Of a DNA stretch of 64,000 bases, positions 50,442 to 64,000 are shown one piece after another. Numbering within the stretch: the stretch's first letter is position 1; every line of letters starts with the position of its first letter. Below the pieces are notes generated by a model that made no database searches, was not told where the DNA came from, and saw nothing but the letters and a program-made list of their open reading frames with translations. The position numbers and the translations under genes were made by a program. Source of the stretch: Octopus vulgaris (Eukaryota); assembly GCA_951406725.2 (NCBI GenBank), contig OX597821.1, positions 78,368,001-78,432,000 on the forward strand, written 5' to 3'.

Positions 50442-53400
50442 TATGAATATTGTTATTAGAAAGATAAAGGCAGCACACCTCAAATACAGCTGTGATGACT
50501 CGACCGAAAAATATGTAAATCAAAATGGGGACCACAATACCTTACACCAAAATACGGAATTAAAATATTAAAAAAAAACAATAATCATCACAGGTAGTAG
50601 CTTTAGCAACTTGATTTTAAAATAACAACAGTTGTACACACACCAATATGCATACCCTTTCTAGATGTTATTTCCGATGAAAGAATGTTGTATATGAACG
50701 AGGAGTCTAGCAGAGGGCGGTGGGTGTTACGAAGGAAGTCATTTATTTGCCCAAATCGTTTTTCCAACGGAAAGTAAAGTAGAAGGTTACATAACTCTTA
50801 TGCGACGGGAAGCGGGCGATTGTCGTGCACCTTCAACGAACGAACTGAAGGAAGTATTAGTCGCTGGGTGGAAGGATATTATATCAACGGTAGCAAGTTC
50901 TATAGTCATATCACATTTGCCTTGAAGATCAGGGGCGAAGTAAAGCGTCAAGAAAAAAATAGTGCGACACAACCCGCCCTTAAGCTTGTGTCGCAGTAAA
51001 TAGGCAAGTGTATTGGCACTGACTTCGAATTACGAACCCTCACTCTCCTCACACTGTGCAAACTCTCATGCATACTTCTCTCTCTTTCTCTCCCTCTCAC
51101 TTTTCTCTCTCTCATTCTTTGTCTCTCATATCACCTTTTCTTCATAATTTGTTCCTCTTGATATCTTCTCTCATTTCCTTTTCTATTCTTTCCAGCTCTC
51201 ACTTTCTGGGATTAATTTTTAATCTTATTTGAATTTTTACTTGAAGGTCAAACTCAATTTTAGAAACATCAATAATGTTACTCACGCATTATACTTCAAC
51301 GGAACAGACACGAACCATACATCCTGGTTTCAGGAAAATAAACTCTTATCAACCCCTTGGCGGAATGGTCCACCGATGAAGTACATATTCAATGACATGT
51401 ATGTATTCTGGTTTTGATCTTTCTTAACCCTCAGTTAACCAGGCCACAGCACTTGACTCGTTGCTTATTGTTGTCGATCTCGGAAGGAATAAAGGTAAAC
51501 GTGATTTCAGGAGCATTCAATCTCAGAACCTAGAACGCCTAATCACATACTGCTCGGCATATTGTTCGACGAAGTGAAGATTCATCTTTCTATAATAGTG
51601 GCTTCTAATTTAGGCACAACTCCGACAATTTTTATTGGTGGATATTAGTTGATTCGACTGATCTATGCAATAACTTTACACTGCTATACGTAATGGCTAT
51701 TTTAGCAATGAATTCGACTAATGAGCAATGGATGATTAATGAGTTAGATAGGTACTGATGAAGGAGCAAAACTTCCCGATATATCATGTACACGCCCATC
51801 ACCAAGTTTTTCCTCCTCGATCTCACTGTTTGTTTACATCTGGCGTCTCGGATACGAAACGTCATAACAAAATTGAGATGGCTATGATTTCTATGGAAAA
51901 TCCGTAGGGATGATCTTAACAAGTGATCTTCATAGTAGACCTAGCGGATAACCGGATTCATCCTACACGCGACAGGAAGTTTTCAATAGAAGAAAAAAAG
52001 CATCAATGCTCGGGCACTGGTCGAGTGCGTACAGAATTAATTCATAGCTTTGTACGCACCTCAGGTTCCCCCCGGCCGTAATCAGTAATACTCACAATGA
52101 TTTCAGGAAATTATACAAGTGTTCCGGATCGAAAGCCCTCTGGAACAGACCAGCGAAATAAGTCTCGTCGCCACCTACAGTATCCCCAAGAGTGTAGTCA
52201 TTCCTATTCGTCACTAGACCTATATAGATCGCCAAAATTCTAACTTCTACCTGCCCCATTACCAGACTGTCTGAAGAATGCGATCGCCTGATGATACTTC
52301 AGATGCTAAACACCCTGTTTCGATCTACGATTAATTCAAGATTGCAGCTCAATCAAAGACGTGAGGTGCAGAAAAGCAAGTTTGACAAACGGTGACCACA
52401 CCTGCCTACTGTCAAGGAAACACTGGAGATGTGGTAGGATCAGGGTCAGTATGCGTGCCACCAGCCGCAGTATGCTGGGTGTTGATAACAAACGGAGCCC
52501 CTGACGAGCGGACGCATCTCTCCCACAAAAGCGAGAAAGTAGGATCTCCAGTCTGTTCAGACGTAAACTGGGGCAAGATAAGGCAGGCGGACGGTAATAT
52601 GTGATAGATACAAGGCGGCGAGCTGGCAGAAACGTTATCATGCCGGACGAAATGATAAGCGATATTTCGTCTGTCTTTATGTTCTGAGTTCAAATTCCGC
52701 CGAGGTAGACTTTGCCTTTCATCTTTTCGGGGTCGATCGATAAATTAAGTACTAGTTGCGTACTGGGATCGATCTAATCGACTGACCCTCACCCGCCAGG
52801 TTTCGGGCCTTTGCCTAGAGTAGAAAAGAATGTGTGATAGATACGATTTGTTCTCTACCGTTGTCCGACCTTTCAGGGGAAGCTTCCTCTCGCTCCGTTT
52901 CTTGGTGAGATCGGTCACTCTGTCACCATTTCATCCCATTTCATCTCCAATTAGAGAGCTTGATCAAACTAAATCCCGAGTAATTCAATCAGCTCAGCAT
53001 TCCAGCGTCCCACAGCGTTGTTGGACAGCATGGACCTGCCTCACCAAGGGAAAAGCTGCAAGCCCACTGACTTCGTTGATTTTTTGCTCCTGTCGCCTCC
53101 TCGAAATCTCTTCGAGCAGTATTGATCGAGTCTATGAGCCTGGTATCCGACACTATGACGCATATGCTGACACGGTTCCACGTCCAAGTTTGTGCGCGTT
53201 GTATTTCAACGGCTCTAGTTTCCGCAGTAGCAGCTCTTGAGACAGTAAGTACAGAAAAAGCGAGAGGGTGCAATCTTGATGGACTGAATGCATGATACTG
53301 AATGATTTCGGTAGGTAACCATTCCACCGACCAACTGAGCAGATGTCGTTTTACATTGCGGCAATCCAACCGCAGAAGACAGACTGAAACCAGCAGACAT

Positions 53401-54703
53401 GTATAGATGTTAGATGTTATCGAAGGCTTTTGATTGACTTAAATTTATCACGATACCAACAGTTGGATCACCGCACCTTGACTAATAGAACTGCCGGTTT
53501 CGGTAAGTATCTTTCAAGAGGTCTCAAAACAAGCCTGGCATATAAAAGTAAAGCTCGTTGGATAGACCATTCAAACTAGGCGATTTACCCCTCACGCAGA
53601 TAGCCATGACCTCTCGTAGTTCGCAGCACTCTTATCCTTTTTCCGAGAATTGCGACAGAACTTGATGGTCGTCACTGAAATCCATACTGATTTTCACCCG
53701 CAATTCGTCCTGGACAGCTGTTTGTGATCGAGGAACCAAGGCCCATTATGTTCTAAGAAAGACCGAATTGTAGCTTTGTTGCCATGTTGTCCTTTGCCTA
53801 TCGGGAACACTGACCAGCTCTCGTACCCCTGTGAATTAGAGCAAGTATGTTATATTTGGCGATGCAGCATTCATACTTAGTCTCGAGAGCCCATCTCAAC
53901 ACGATCACATTGGTTGCGATACCTTTCCTGAGACCCTCTTCCAAAGACTCCGTCTATTATAATTTTTTTCTATAGAATTACGACCTTGCTACACCTAATG
54001 ACTTCTATTCTAACCACGTTTTTAAAGGCGAACCATCATTTTTGTGATGATCGACCCCAGTGTATGTCCGCTCAACTAATTTCTAATTCTGTTTTGGTAA
54101 GCGTGGCATGCCGGGAAGAACGCGTTCACCTTCCTATGACTGGACGTTAGTGAAGCAGATCTAAGTTGACTGTACAAATCAGAAATTTGTGGTCTGTGTA
54201 GCCGGTGATTTAAAAAGTTGACAACTTATGCTACGCTTGTCTGGTGGTTAACACAATACTCTACCGCGATACTACCTAGACAAACCGATGCACTTCGTTC
54301 ATAACACATTTGAGAAATGCTCATAAAACTCTCTGATCACTACTGAAATTCACACTAAACCGAATAAACATCTGATGTACTCAATATTTTATTTTTTCCT
54401 CTTCTATACCGTGAATAACAAGCTAAGTATGACACATTAGTATGATCGATGGAGAGTTAACATCGAGTCAATTAAACACAACTGCCAACAATAATCGCCA
54501 AATAATTATTTATGATTACGTTCATGGAAGTTCTGTGTGTATTGTATTATGCTAATTATAAATGTAATATACTGATTACAGGAAACCATCTCTTAAAATC
54601 GTGAAAAAAGCAAACGAAAGCTTTATCAAGATGTTAGCAGAACGTGATGGTCGTAAAAAATTTTCGATGTATTATATGGAACAAGGGGGTAAGTTCTATG
54701 TGC

Positions 54704-54758
<55 letters not shown>

Positions 54759-54801
54759 CATATATATATATATGTATGTATGTATGTATATGTCTTCTTT
54801 T

Positions 54802-54847
<46 letters not shown>

Positions 54848-55303
54848 AAGTGTGTAACCTAACTACAACATAAATAGATTCCGAAATCATTATTAATCAT
54901 TATACATGAAACATGTCTCTTAAAATATGTTTGATTTGCTGCCAAATAAACTGAAAAACTAAACATTCAAAATACTACAGATTATATTTGCTCTTTGACT
55001 GACGTCAAATACGAACTTGTTGAGCCTAACTCTGTACTTCTGAATGATAAAATATGGTGATTTAATTGTATTTAGAATGAACGATATTTATAATGCAGGC
55101 ATTGATGGAGCCTCTTAATATTAGTCTTAAAATATTTATTTCTATATTGATGTGTATATTTTTGAGATAAATGTCCATGTAACTTTTGGATATTTGTGAC
55201 CATCAGTTGTAGATATATCATTAATTTAACACAACTTTTCTTAATTTCAGGTAGTTCGAGAATGGATTTGAAAATCCTGAATGTCTTCGTGTTATTCAAA
55301 TAG
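47023..55303 (+). CDS. Gene B: secreted PAN/apple-domain protein, paralog of gene A, 243 aa; join(47023..47350,49330..49421,51247..51398,54582..54688,55251..55303)
   Basis: All introns GT-AG; 732-nt open frame. [30 protein letters not shown]...[22 protein letters not shown]...CNC...|STDWQKVF...HWDSMPIAK|VKLNF...[12 protein letters not shown]...TPW...|MKPSLKI...|[23 protein letters not shown] at 55493. Confidence 0.9.
48630..49005 (-). mobile_element. tRNA-derived SINE in gene B intron 1
   Basis: Reverse-complement homolog of 38558-38975. Confidence 0.85.
49330..49421 (+). CDS. Gene B coding exon 2
   Basis: ctcatacAG / GTAATAC, 92 nt, [30 protein letters not shown]. Confidence 0.9.
51247..51398 (+). 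CDS. Gene B coding exon 3
   Basis: ttgaAG / GTATGT, 152 nt, [38 protein letters not shown]. Confidence 0.9.
51700..54300 (-). mobile_element. Old CR1/Jockey-group LINE relic in gene B intron 3, with a SINE inserted at 52612-52830
   Basis: Higher-GC complex sequence with frameshifted RT-like relics ([26 protein letters not shown]). Confidence 0.5.
54582..54688 (+). CDS. Gene B coding exon 4
   Basis: ttacAG / GTAAGT, 107 nt, open in the required phase ([35 protein letters not shown]). Confidence 0.85.
55251..55303 (+). CDS. Gene B terminal coding exon 5
   Basis: ttttcttaatttcAG acceptor, phase 1, [17 protein letters not shown] (53 nt). Confidence 0.82.
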
Positions 55304-56818
55304 AATTTGCATATAATTCATAAAACTGAATATGCTTTTATTACCTCTCCTTGCAACTACAACTGACGCAAATATTCCGCTGGAACGTACGTTTTTACTT
55401 TCTTCAGACTGATAAATATAAAGTGTCACGTGGGTAATTCAACTAAGGAAGGTACCAAGATGGATGTAGCACAGACCATATTAGAAAATATAAATAAAAT
55501 ATAATTGAAAACTATAAAGGATCTGTTGTTCTTTATCCATTGATAACCACTAGTCAAGAGGTACATTAGTCCATAAGTTTTCCAACAAGTGACCACCAGG
55601 TCTTTGTGAATTTGAGAACGATTTTGTTTATTTTAAAACATTTTAAAAAGCAGTAACGTGTGACTTTCAAACAATAATATATGATTTGAGGAAATTTCGA
55701 TGACGATGTAAATACTGCCCCAATCCCATTTTTATACGCATGCGCACACGTGTGTGTATGTGTGTGCGCGTGCGTGCGCATCTACGTGTGTTTGCGGGTG
55801 TGATATTTTACTTCGAAGCATATGGTTTCGTGCTACGAATGTTATCATATGTCTTGTATTTTCTTTTATTTATCTACCTACCTACCTATCTATCATCTAT
55901 CCATCTATCTATCTATCATCTATCTATCTATCATCTATCTATCTATCTATCTGCCTATATATCTATCTATAGTGAATTCGAGGAAGTAAAGTTTTCATTT
56001 GGGATTATAAAATCCAAGGTATTTCACTGGTTGTATCCGTATCATATAATGGTAAAGTCATTTGTATACGTTAAGGGTTATTGAATTTTTTTAATATTGA
56101 AAGAAAAACAAGGATAAAAAATGGAGAATAACTGGATGTAATTACTGATTTATTTCCATGTTTAATATGGCCAACATTTTGATGACATAACCTCGTCGTC
56201 TGCATGACTGGCCGGAACAGTGTACCTCGCTGATTGACACTACTTAATGAGTCTTTCCACTATTTATTAGTAGTGGACCAGCATATTTCTCACCTTGAGG
56301 CATCCACCACAAGACCTCCCCCATTTGAGATTTCTGTTTTCATATCTTTTCCTTCTAACCAGAATTATTTATATGCACTGATAATAGTTTAAATATTTAA
56401 TTTAAAACATTTGAAGCTTTAACCGGTTTCACAGTTAACGTTGGTTTCAAAAATTTCAAATTGAAAGATATCGCTTATGTCGCGGCTGTCCTGACTCTGA
56501 CTTGTGTTTGAAGTTTCTTTTTTTTTAGGGAGTTCTTGGCTGAAATTAGCATATGTTGTGAATAGGATTTAATTAGTCGAGAATAGTCACATCACTAGTC
56601 TTAGAAATTTTTGTAGGTTCCCCGCTATGTCCATATGTTAGTATCAAGTGACAATGTTTGGCATTGTAAATTAAGGCTGACACGGTTGATTGAACAAGTC
56701 CAAACAATCAATGCTCTGAATGTTTTTCGTCAAGTGTTTGGAGAGAATGAACATATGATTAAGTTTATAACCTTTTGTACGTTTCTCGATACGTACGTGC
56801 ATTAGTGCCATACATACA

Positions 56819-56856
<38 letters not shown>

Positions 56857-58747
56857 ATCATTTTGTCATATGGATTCGTAAAAATCAAGTCCCGTCCACT
56901 CATAGGATACCAGAAATGGATAGGTGTGACGATATATAGCTCACATTGAAATAACCAGCATTGAGTGGTGTAAGACATCGTAGATATGCGTATAGTAAAT
57001 CCAAGTTCAATAATAGATCCCACATAGGCCTGGGTCATGGAGCGGTATAGACATAAACAGTAAACAAACCTGGCATTTTAAAATTTACGACAGCTGTTTC
57101 GGTAGGATTTTGTTCATCTAATGCAGTTATAAAATATTACATCACATTATATAAATTCCACCACTGTCAGATCATTTTATTTAAGCAGATAAGATGTTAA
57201 GCAAGCAAGATATTAAAAATCGACCTGGGCATTACCAACTGTCATTGGACTATATAATAATTTCAGTTTTACTTTCGAATATATTGTACAATTAGGAGGC
57301 ATATAATAAAGTAAAGACAGCATACAAATGTACAATCGAAATTCACTTATCTAAATTAGATTATAGTTTAATAGCAACAATGTATAGGCTTGGAAGTAAT
57401 ATTCATAACGTTACCATAAATTGAAATTAAAAGAAAGTGTCACGTGACACTTAGCTGCTGCTGCTGGAGCCTACTGGCGAGTATTTAGAGGGAAATTTGG
57501 CAAGATGGTCAGTCACCCGTTGACATTCGTTGGCGCTGCATCGAAGAAACCAAAGAACAGAAGAAAAAGGAGAAAGAAGAAACCCACTCAACACCAGAAC
57601 TGAAGACACCTCCGAAAGCGAATGGTGCGGCATGTCGTAAACAGTAGAGGAGTAGGGGCCGAAACCGAACGTGGTTCCTCCTGATGATGTCTTTAGCCCC
57701 TGGATCCTATAAAGGAGTTGTTGAGGTAGCAAACCACGAAAGGTTGTTGGAATACCAAAACCCAAGCAGGTGCGTTTGCAGTTAAAGGTGAAATGTGAAG
57801 TCATCTGACCACCGACATCAAGCATAAAACAGTCTTCACAGGTCGGGACATAAAGTCTTACCTATTTAAACTTTTACCTAATAATGGTGGATTATAAATA
57901 ATGTGGCAAACTTTTATCATAGCATTAAATAAATAAAATACTACAGTAACAGTGGTGTAGCATTTAAATATTATTTGTGTTTATTTCTAATAATTTAAAA
58001 TAATGATTCACCACAAACACACACACATACATGTATGAATGTATGTATGTAGGTACACACACACACACACACACTCATATATAAACACGTATGTATATAT
58101 ATACACATGTGTGTATGTGTAAGCCAACATTTCTACGGCGCCATGGATCAGTTTCACATACACACTAGGAAGCGTGCTGCCCTGTTCATGATCTTTGGAA
58201 TACGAAAAGTGTCATCGAAACATCAGTAATTTATTTTTATTTGATTGACTACGTAATGGCAGCCTGAGGGACTCCAGTCGCTGATTTACTGTCGGGGTTA
58301 TCACCCCTCGTGTCTTCCTTTCCAAAGTCCCTCACAAGGCGACGAGGACTTTTGCTTGGAGTTTCCTTCCTTAGATGCTATTGAACATATAGTTAGGATT
58401 CGGAAAAATTGAACCGGGACTCAATGTTGGCAGAAATGTTATTCCGCAGTCCCCAAAACCCAGGTACTCCCCAATCAGGGTCTCATTAGCGGAGGCAGTC
58501 TGAATTTGAAATCATGACAACTTTCATTCTATATCTGATTAATCTATACTCTATGATAATGTGCAATCATATCGATTGGCGAGTAACCTCGGATTTACAT
58601 TTTGTACTCGTTGGCCACTATATTGAACGTCTATGGATTACTATACACTTCAGTGAACACCCTATCAACCAGATTTATCTCATTCACTGCAAACTAATTT
58701 ATTTGCCTGACTTTCTTCAATCATTATTTCACTTCATTACCTATCCG

Positions 58748-58855
<108 letters not shown>

Positions 58856-59240
58856 GCTAGCTAGCTAGCTAGCTAGCTATCTCTCTCCCAAAATATATAT
58901 GTTCTTTTACTTGTTTCAGTCATTTGACTGCGGCCTTGCTGGAGCACTTTCTTTAGTCGAACAAATCGACCCCTGGACATTTTCCTTGTAAGCTTAGTAC
59001 TTATCTATCGGGTCCTTTCACCCAATTGCTAAGTTATGGAGACGAAAACACACCAACGTCGGTTGTCAAGCAACGGTGGGTGGGTGGACAAACACAGACA
59101 CACTCACATACATAGTTAAATATTAATATGGTTATACATACATATATGCACACACACACAACACATACACACACACACGCGCACACGTATATGTGTGTAT
59201 GGTCACACACATATACATGCCATTAATACACGCATGCGCA

Positions 59241-59242
<2 letters not shown>

Positions 59243-59301
<59 letters not shown>

Positions 59302-59432
59302 CTCTGTCTGTCCGTCTGTATGTGTATCAATCTGTCTATCTGTCTATCTGTCTATCTGTCTATCTATATCTATATATCTATATACCTATCTATCTGTCTG
59401 TCTGTATGTCTGTCTCTCTATATATGTTTGTC

Positions 59433-59513
<81 letters not shown>

Positions 59514-59662
59514 ATATCTATCTATCTATCTCTCTGTCTGTCCGTCTGTATGTGTATCAATCTGTCTATCTGTCTATTAGTCTATCTGTCTATCTATATC
59601 TATATATCTATATACCTATCTATCTATCTGTCTGTATGTCTGTCTCTCTATATATGTTTGTC

Positions 59663-59710
<48 letters not shown>
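59243..59710 (+). repeat. Compound (TATC)n microsatellite with ~230-bp higher-order duplication
   Basis: 59300-59510 repeated at 59530-59710. Confidence 0.9.
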
Positions 59711-59732
59711 AGAGAGAGAGAGAGAGATAGTT

Positions 59733-59784
<52 letters not shown>

Positions 59785-60423
59785 TTGTACAAAAAATGTA
59801 TTAACTCTCATGTATACTTCGAGATTCAATAAAACAGAGTTAAGATTGTTAGTGTTAATGAGTCTTATCGAAAATTAGAATGTAACTAGATTTCATCAAG
59901 CGTAAAACATGGCTACTTAATCGTGAAAAAATCATGCATCCAATTCTGAGAAGATATAAAACATAACTATAACAAATCAATCAGCAATGATCATCTATTG
60001 ATTAGTCGTTAGGTTCAGTTAGATAAGCGACAAATGATATTAATGTAATTATCAGACATTTGCTATTGACCAAGTGTTGGCCTATTTATGCCTCAACTCT
60101 TAAACTGATACTTGGATGTTATTTGTTTCGACTTGTCATTTCATGTAAATTTATATTCCCTCTCTTTCTGTGCGTTCATCGAAGAGACGTCAGATCTCTC
60201 ATATGAGTGTGTGATGACGCAAGCACGTATATATCGATATATGTATACATATAGAGATATATTATAAATATATATATATACATACATACATACATACATA
60301 CATATACATATGTATATATAAATATATATACATACATATATATATACATATATAATAATAAATATTAGGGAATGAATCCAAAATTACAGATTTAGGGTTA
60401 AATCCAATTTTATAGTAAAATAT

Positions 60424-60620
60424 TATATAATATAATTCGAGACAAAACCACTATTTTAAAACCAAACAAGGAAAGACTTAATCAATACATAAAATTTTAA
60501 TATAAATTAAATAAATAAAATAATTTAAAATATTTAATTTATATTAAAATTTTATGTATTGATTAAGTCTTTCCTTGTTTGGTTTTAAAATAGTGGTTTT
60601 GTCTCGAATTATATTATATA
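60424..60620. repeat. Perfect 90-bp inverted repeat with 17-bp spacer
   Basis: 60424-60513 is the reverse complement of 60531-60620. Confidence 0.92.
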
Positions 60621-60623
60621 TAC

Positions 60624-60656
<33 letters not shown>

Positions 60657-60722
60657 CATACATATATATATACATATATATATATACATAATATATATAC
60701 ATATATATATACATATATATAT

Positions 60723-60764
<42 letters not shown>

Positions 60765-60797
60765 GTATATATGTGTATATATGTATATATACACACA

Positions 60798-60830
<33 letters not shown>

Positions 60831-60847
60831 GTATGTATGTGTATATA

Positions 60848-60883
<36 letters not shown>

Positions 60884-61129
60884 CATATGTGTGTATGTTT
60901 GTGTGTATGTTTTTGCCCTCCACCCACATCGCTTGACAACCGATGGCGGTGTGTTTACATCACCGTAACTTAGTGGTTCGGCAAAAGAGACCGATAGAAT
61001 ATGTACTAGGCTTACAAAGAATAATTCCTGGGGTCGATTTGCCCGACTAAAGGTGGTGGTCCAGCATGGCCACAATCAAAATGACTGAAACAAGTAAAAG
61101 AGTAAAGTATATATATATATATATATATA

Positions 61130-61696
61130 TTGGTAAAACGGTAAGATAACAAAAGAAAGAAAGAGACCTCAATATTATGTAAGTAGAGGAAATTTATCTA
61201 TAAAATATAATATGTTACAATTATTCAATAGTCAAGATAAAACTTTGAGTTTCGGATGCTGAAGTGGAAATCCACAACACGGAGGTGAAAAGTCGCCAAA
61301 AGGGTATGCTCCTACTTTCAGTGTTTACAAATCCGAATTAAGGAATTTTGGGCTGACGAAAGAAATGTCGAATTGTATTTGGCTGATCTAGAAACGTACG
61401 TTCTCAAATAACCTTTGCACCTGTGATTTTTTTAATGTTTTTACCCCCATACCTTCGTGGGCTATTTTGAGTAAGCACTATCTGAGAGAAATTTTCTTTA
61501 AGTATTAGAATTTGGCTAAAAAAATTTTTTTTGGGCTGCTATTTCTAATGAGTTCAGTATGTGGCAAAGTAATTTATTTTACTAAGCCCTTTATAAAATG
61601 TAATATTTTGAATTCGCCTTAAATGGTCCCTTTACATACTGAATACTTGGTGAAATTGATTAATAATTAATTAATTTTACCCTCAATTGTTGAAAT

Positions 61697-61700
<4 letters not shown>
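61130..61700 (-). mobile_element. Penelope pLTR-associated fragment (joins the 6520- and 7520-type repeats)
   Basis: Homologous to 6525-6660 and then to 7580-7980. Confidence 0.75.
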
Positions 61701-61777
<77 letters not shown>

Positions 61778-61929
61778 GCATAAAAGCAAAACAGCGAGTT
61801 GGAAAATCTCAAGATGAGATCAGAGTAGTAACTATATAGACAATCGCCAAGTCAAAGTGGCTGTTCCATGTTACTAGTAGTTTAACCCCAGACAGATATT
61901 CCACCAGCGGTTTATCGGTGCATCACTGC

Positions 61930-63120
61930 ACCCTTTATATACAATAATTATTGCTTGATAAACTGGAAGGCAAAGCAGTCCAGGCAGGACGACACCTCAT
62001 CCTATACCGCAGATCTGTCGGTGATGCCTTCGTCTTCACTAAATCCAGGGACACGACGATCAGGATCCACAGCATCTTTAACAGCCTGCCCCTGAATATT
62101 CAATTCAACATTGAACTTCCAGCCAAAAATGGCTGGCTGGGCCTCTTGGACTTCAACATTGCCTTCACATTGGGCCTTCGAGAAAGTGGCGAAGAAAATC
62201 ATCTTCCTCCATTCGCATTCAGCATATCCACATTCGTAGAGACATAACGTGGCCGTTAATGAGTTCAAACACCGAATAAACAGATGCGACGATGCTGATA
62301 TGAAATACGATGTAAGCACAAATTTCGTCAGGGTTACTGTACAGTAGAGGATACAGATCTAGATTGGTCGGGAAAGCGTGTAAAACACTAAACACGAGCA
62401 CAACGAGAACCAAGATACCACGACAAGACCGCCACCACCAACAACAGCAGTAGCGCCGACAGCAGCAAGAACGGCAACAACAGCAGCGACAACAACAGCG
62501 GCAACAACAACGACGACCGAAGAACCTATGGTGTTAATAATTATAATAACAACGATGACAACAACAACAACACCCACAAGGTGATTCTGCAAATAGTAAT
62601 AACAACAGCGAGAACAAGAGGAGGTAAAAGGTAAGAAGAAGAACAACTGTGACAGCTGCAGTAACAACGACAACGATTACGACAACAGGAACAAGAACGC
62701 CGACAACAACACAAACACCAATAACATCAACAAAAACAACAGCGTCGACAGCAACGCCATCATCAGCAGCAGCAGCAACAGCAACAACAACAGCAACAAC
62801 AAAAACACCACCAACATCAGTAGTTATAACTTCAACTTCAACAACGATCGAAGTTATGAGAAAAATATACAGGAAGAAAGAGGGAAACGAAAAAGTAATA
62901 AATGGTTATAAATATCAACCTTCCATACTATGGAGGACAAGTAGAGAACAAGATAAGGAACAGCGTCAAAAGATCGGGGCTCCCTGTCAGAATCACGGGG
63001 CTAGGCCCCACCCTCAGATGCTACCTCTCCCACCATAGCAACACACAGGACACATTATGTCTGAACAAGTGTTGGGCCCATCAAAGGAAAACAGTCAACG
63101 ATCAGCGTCCGGCTATGTTT
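61930..63120 (+). mobile_element. Penelope RT relic split by a (CAA/CAG)-rich expansion
   Basis: LYRRSVGDAF...FNSL..NIQFNIELP...LGLLDF (YVDD-region relic), then INLPYYG after the 62400-62860 repeat. Confidence 0.75.
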
Positions 63121-63931
63121 TGAAACTCACTTATGCTGTAATATACGGTGTCTAGGACATTTATCTCCCCTGAACAATAAAAGAAAGTCAATTACACCTG
63201 AGGACAACAGATGAAGATTTAAAACTTCTTAATATATTGGAGCACATTTCCTCAGCAAAATGGCGCTCGGCCTCAATAGTCTGCAAATTCTCTTTCTGCC
63301 CCCAGAGCGTTTGACCGACGCCAGCAATAACCACTTTTGAACGTCCAATGAATGATTATAGATCCAAAAGCACAGACATATGTTAACTTATACTTAATTC
63401 AAAAACTATCAACAACGATATATATAGACCACATGTCACCAGGAGGTCACATCTATCTGTCCCTCTCTCCCTCTCTCCCTCTGTCCCTCTCTCTCTCTTA
63501 AAGCCATCAGGCGTTAGCAATTTCTCTATATCACTACAGAGATTTTGGGAGTATTTTTCAAATTTTGTGGAATTTAAAACGCGGACTTCCGAGTTTCCTC
63601 TCACTCCATGTAATCTATTAAAATCTCACCCCTTCACACTGACTCAACTTTTCATTTCTTACTATTTTTGCATCTCTTCAATTGTACTTTTAGTTATCAC
63701 TTTTCCTTGCTCGTTTTTCGCTTCTCAATCGCTCATTGCTAATTTCTGAGTTGTCACTTTCTACTACATGTTCATTCCTCCTGTCATGTTCAGGATTGCC
63801 TTAACTTATACTAACTTCTCTTAACTTCTCACAGCTTAGCGTTTCCTGTTTAATTCTGACACTACACGCCACTCTCTCCTTCCAACTTCTTAAACCTCAC
63901 CTCCAAACGGCTTTAACCTGTTGTCTCTGTG

Positions 63932-64000
<69 letters not shown>

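Noticed and set aside
55408-55504. Alternative last exon for gene B after tcttcAG
   Set aside because: The required phase 1 gives an immediate stop, while 55251-55303 matches the paralog termini.
57650-57700. GAAAC...CTGATGA, possible type II hammerhead
   Set aside because: No stem I can form between the cleavage site and CUGAUGA.
62649-63038. Mucin-like Thr-rich ORF
   Set aside because: Trinucleotide expansion inside a Penelope relic.

Overview
AT-rich, microsatellite-saturated animal genomic DNA; the SINE families and repeat landscape point to a cephalopod such as Octopus (inference). Most ORF-track entries are microsatellite artefacts. By reading splice sites I reconstructed two intact 5-exon paralogs facing away from each other: gene A (minus, 26036->13695, 249 aa) and gene B (plus, 47023->55303, 243 aa). 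Each encodes a signal peptide, an 8-Cys PAN/apple-like domain and an uncharacterised C-terminal domain. Coding exons 1-4 have identical lengths (328/92/152/107 nt) and the intron phases match (1/0/2/1). The last exon of a third paralog lies at 4301-4353 (+). Between A and B are two homologous, heavily decayed Toll-like-receptor-like pseudogenes pointing at each other: C (+, ~28490-32930) and D (-, ~41674-36250). Their relic motifs suggest an unusual TIR-TM-LRR-LRRCT-TM-TIR layout. The region therefore looks like an old inverted duplication of a divergent [TLR-like receptor + secreted PAN protein] cassette. A duplicated, partly inverted splice-donor element at 44.3-45.0 kb may mark a shared bidirectional promoter. 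The rest is transposon debris: R4/Dong-like, RTE, CR1-like and Penelope retroelements (some with hammerhead motifs), mariners, Helitrons, SINEs, palindromes and simple repeats.
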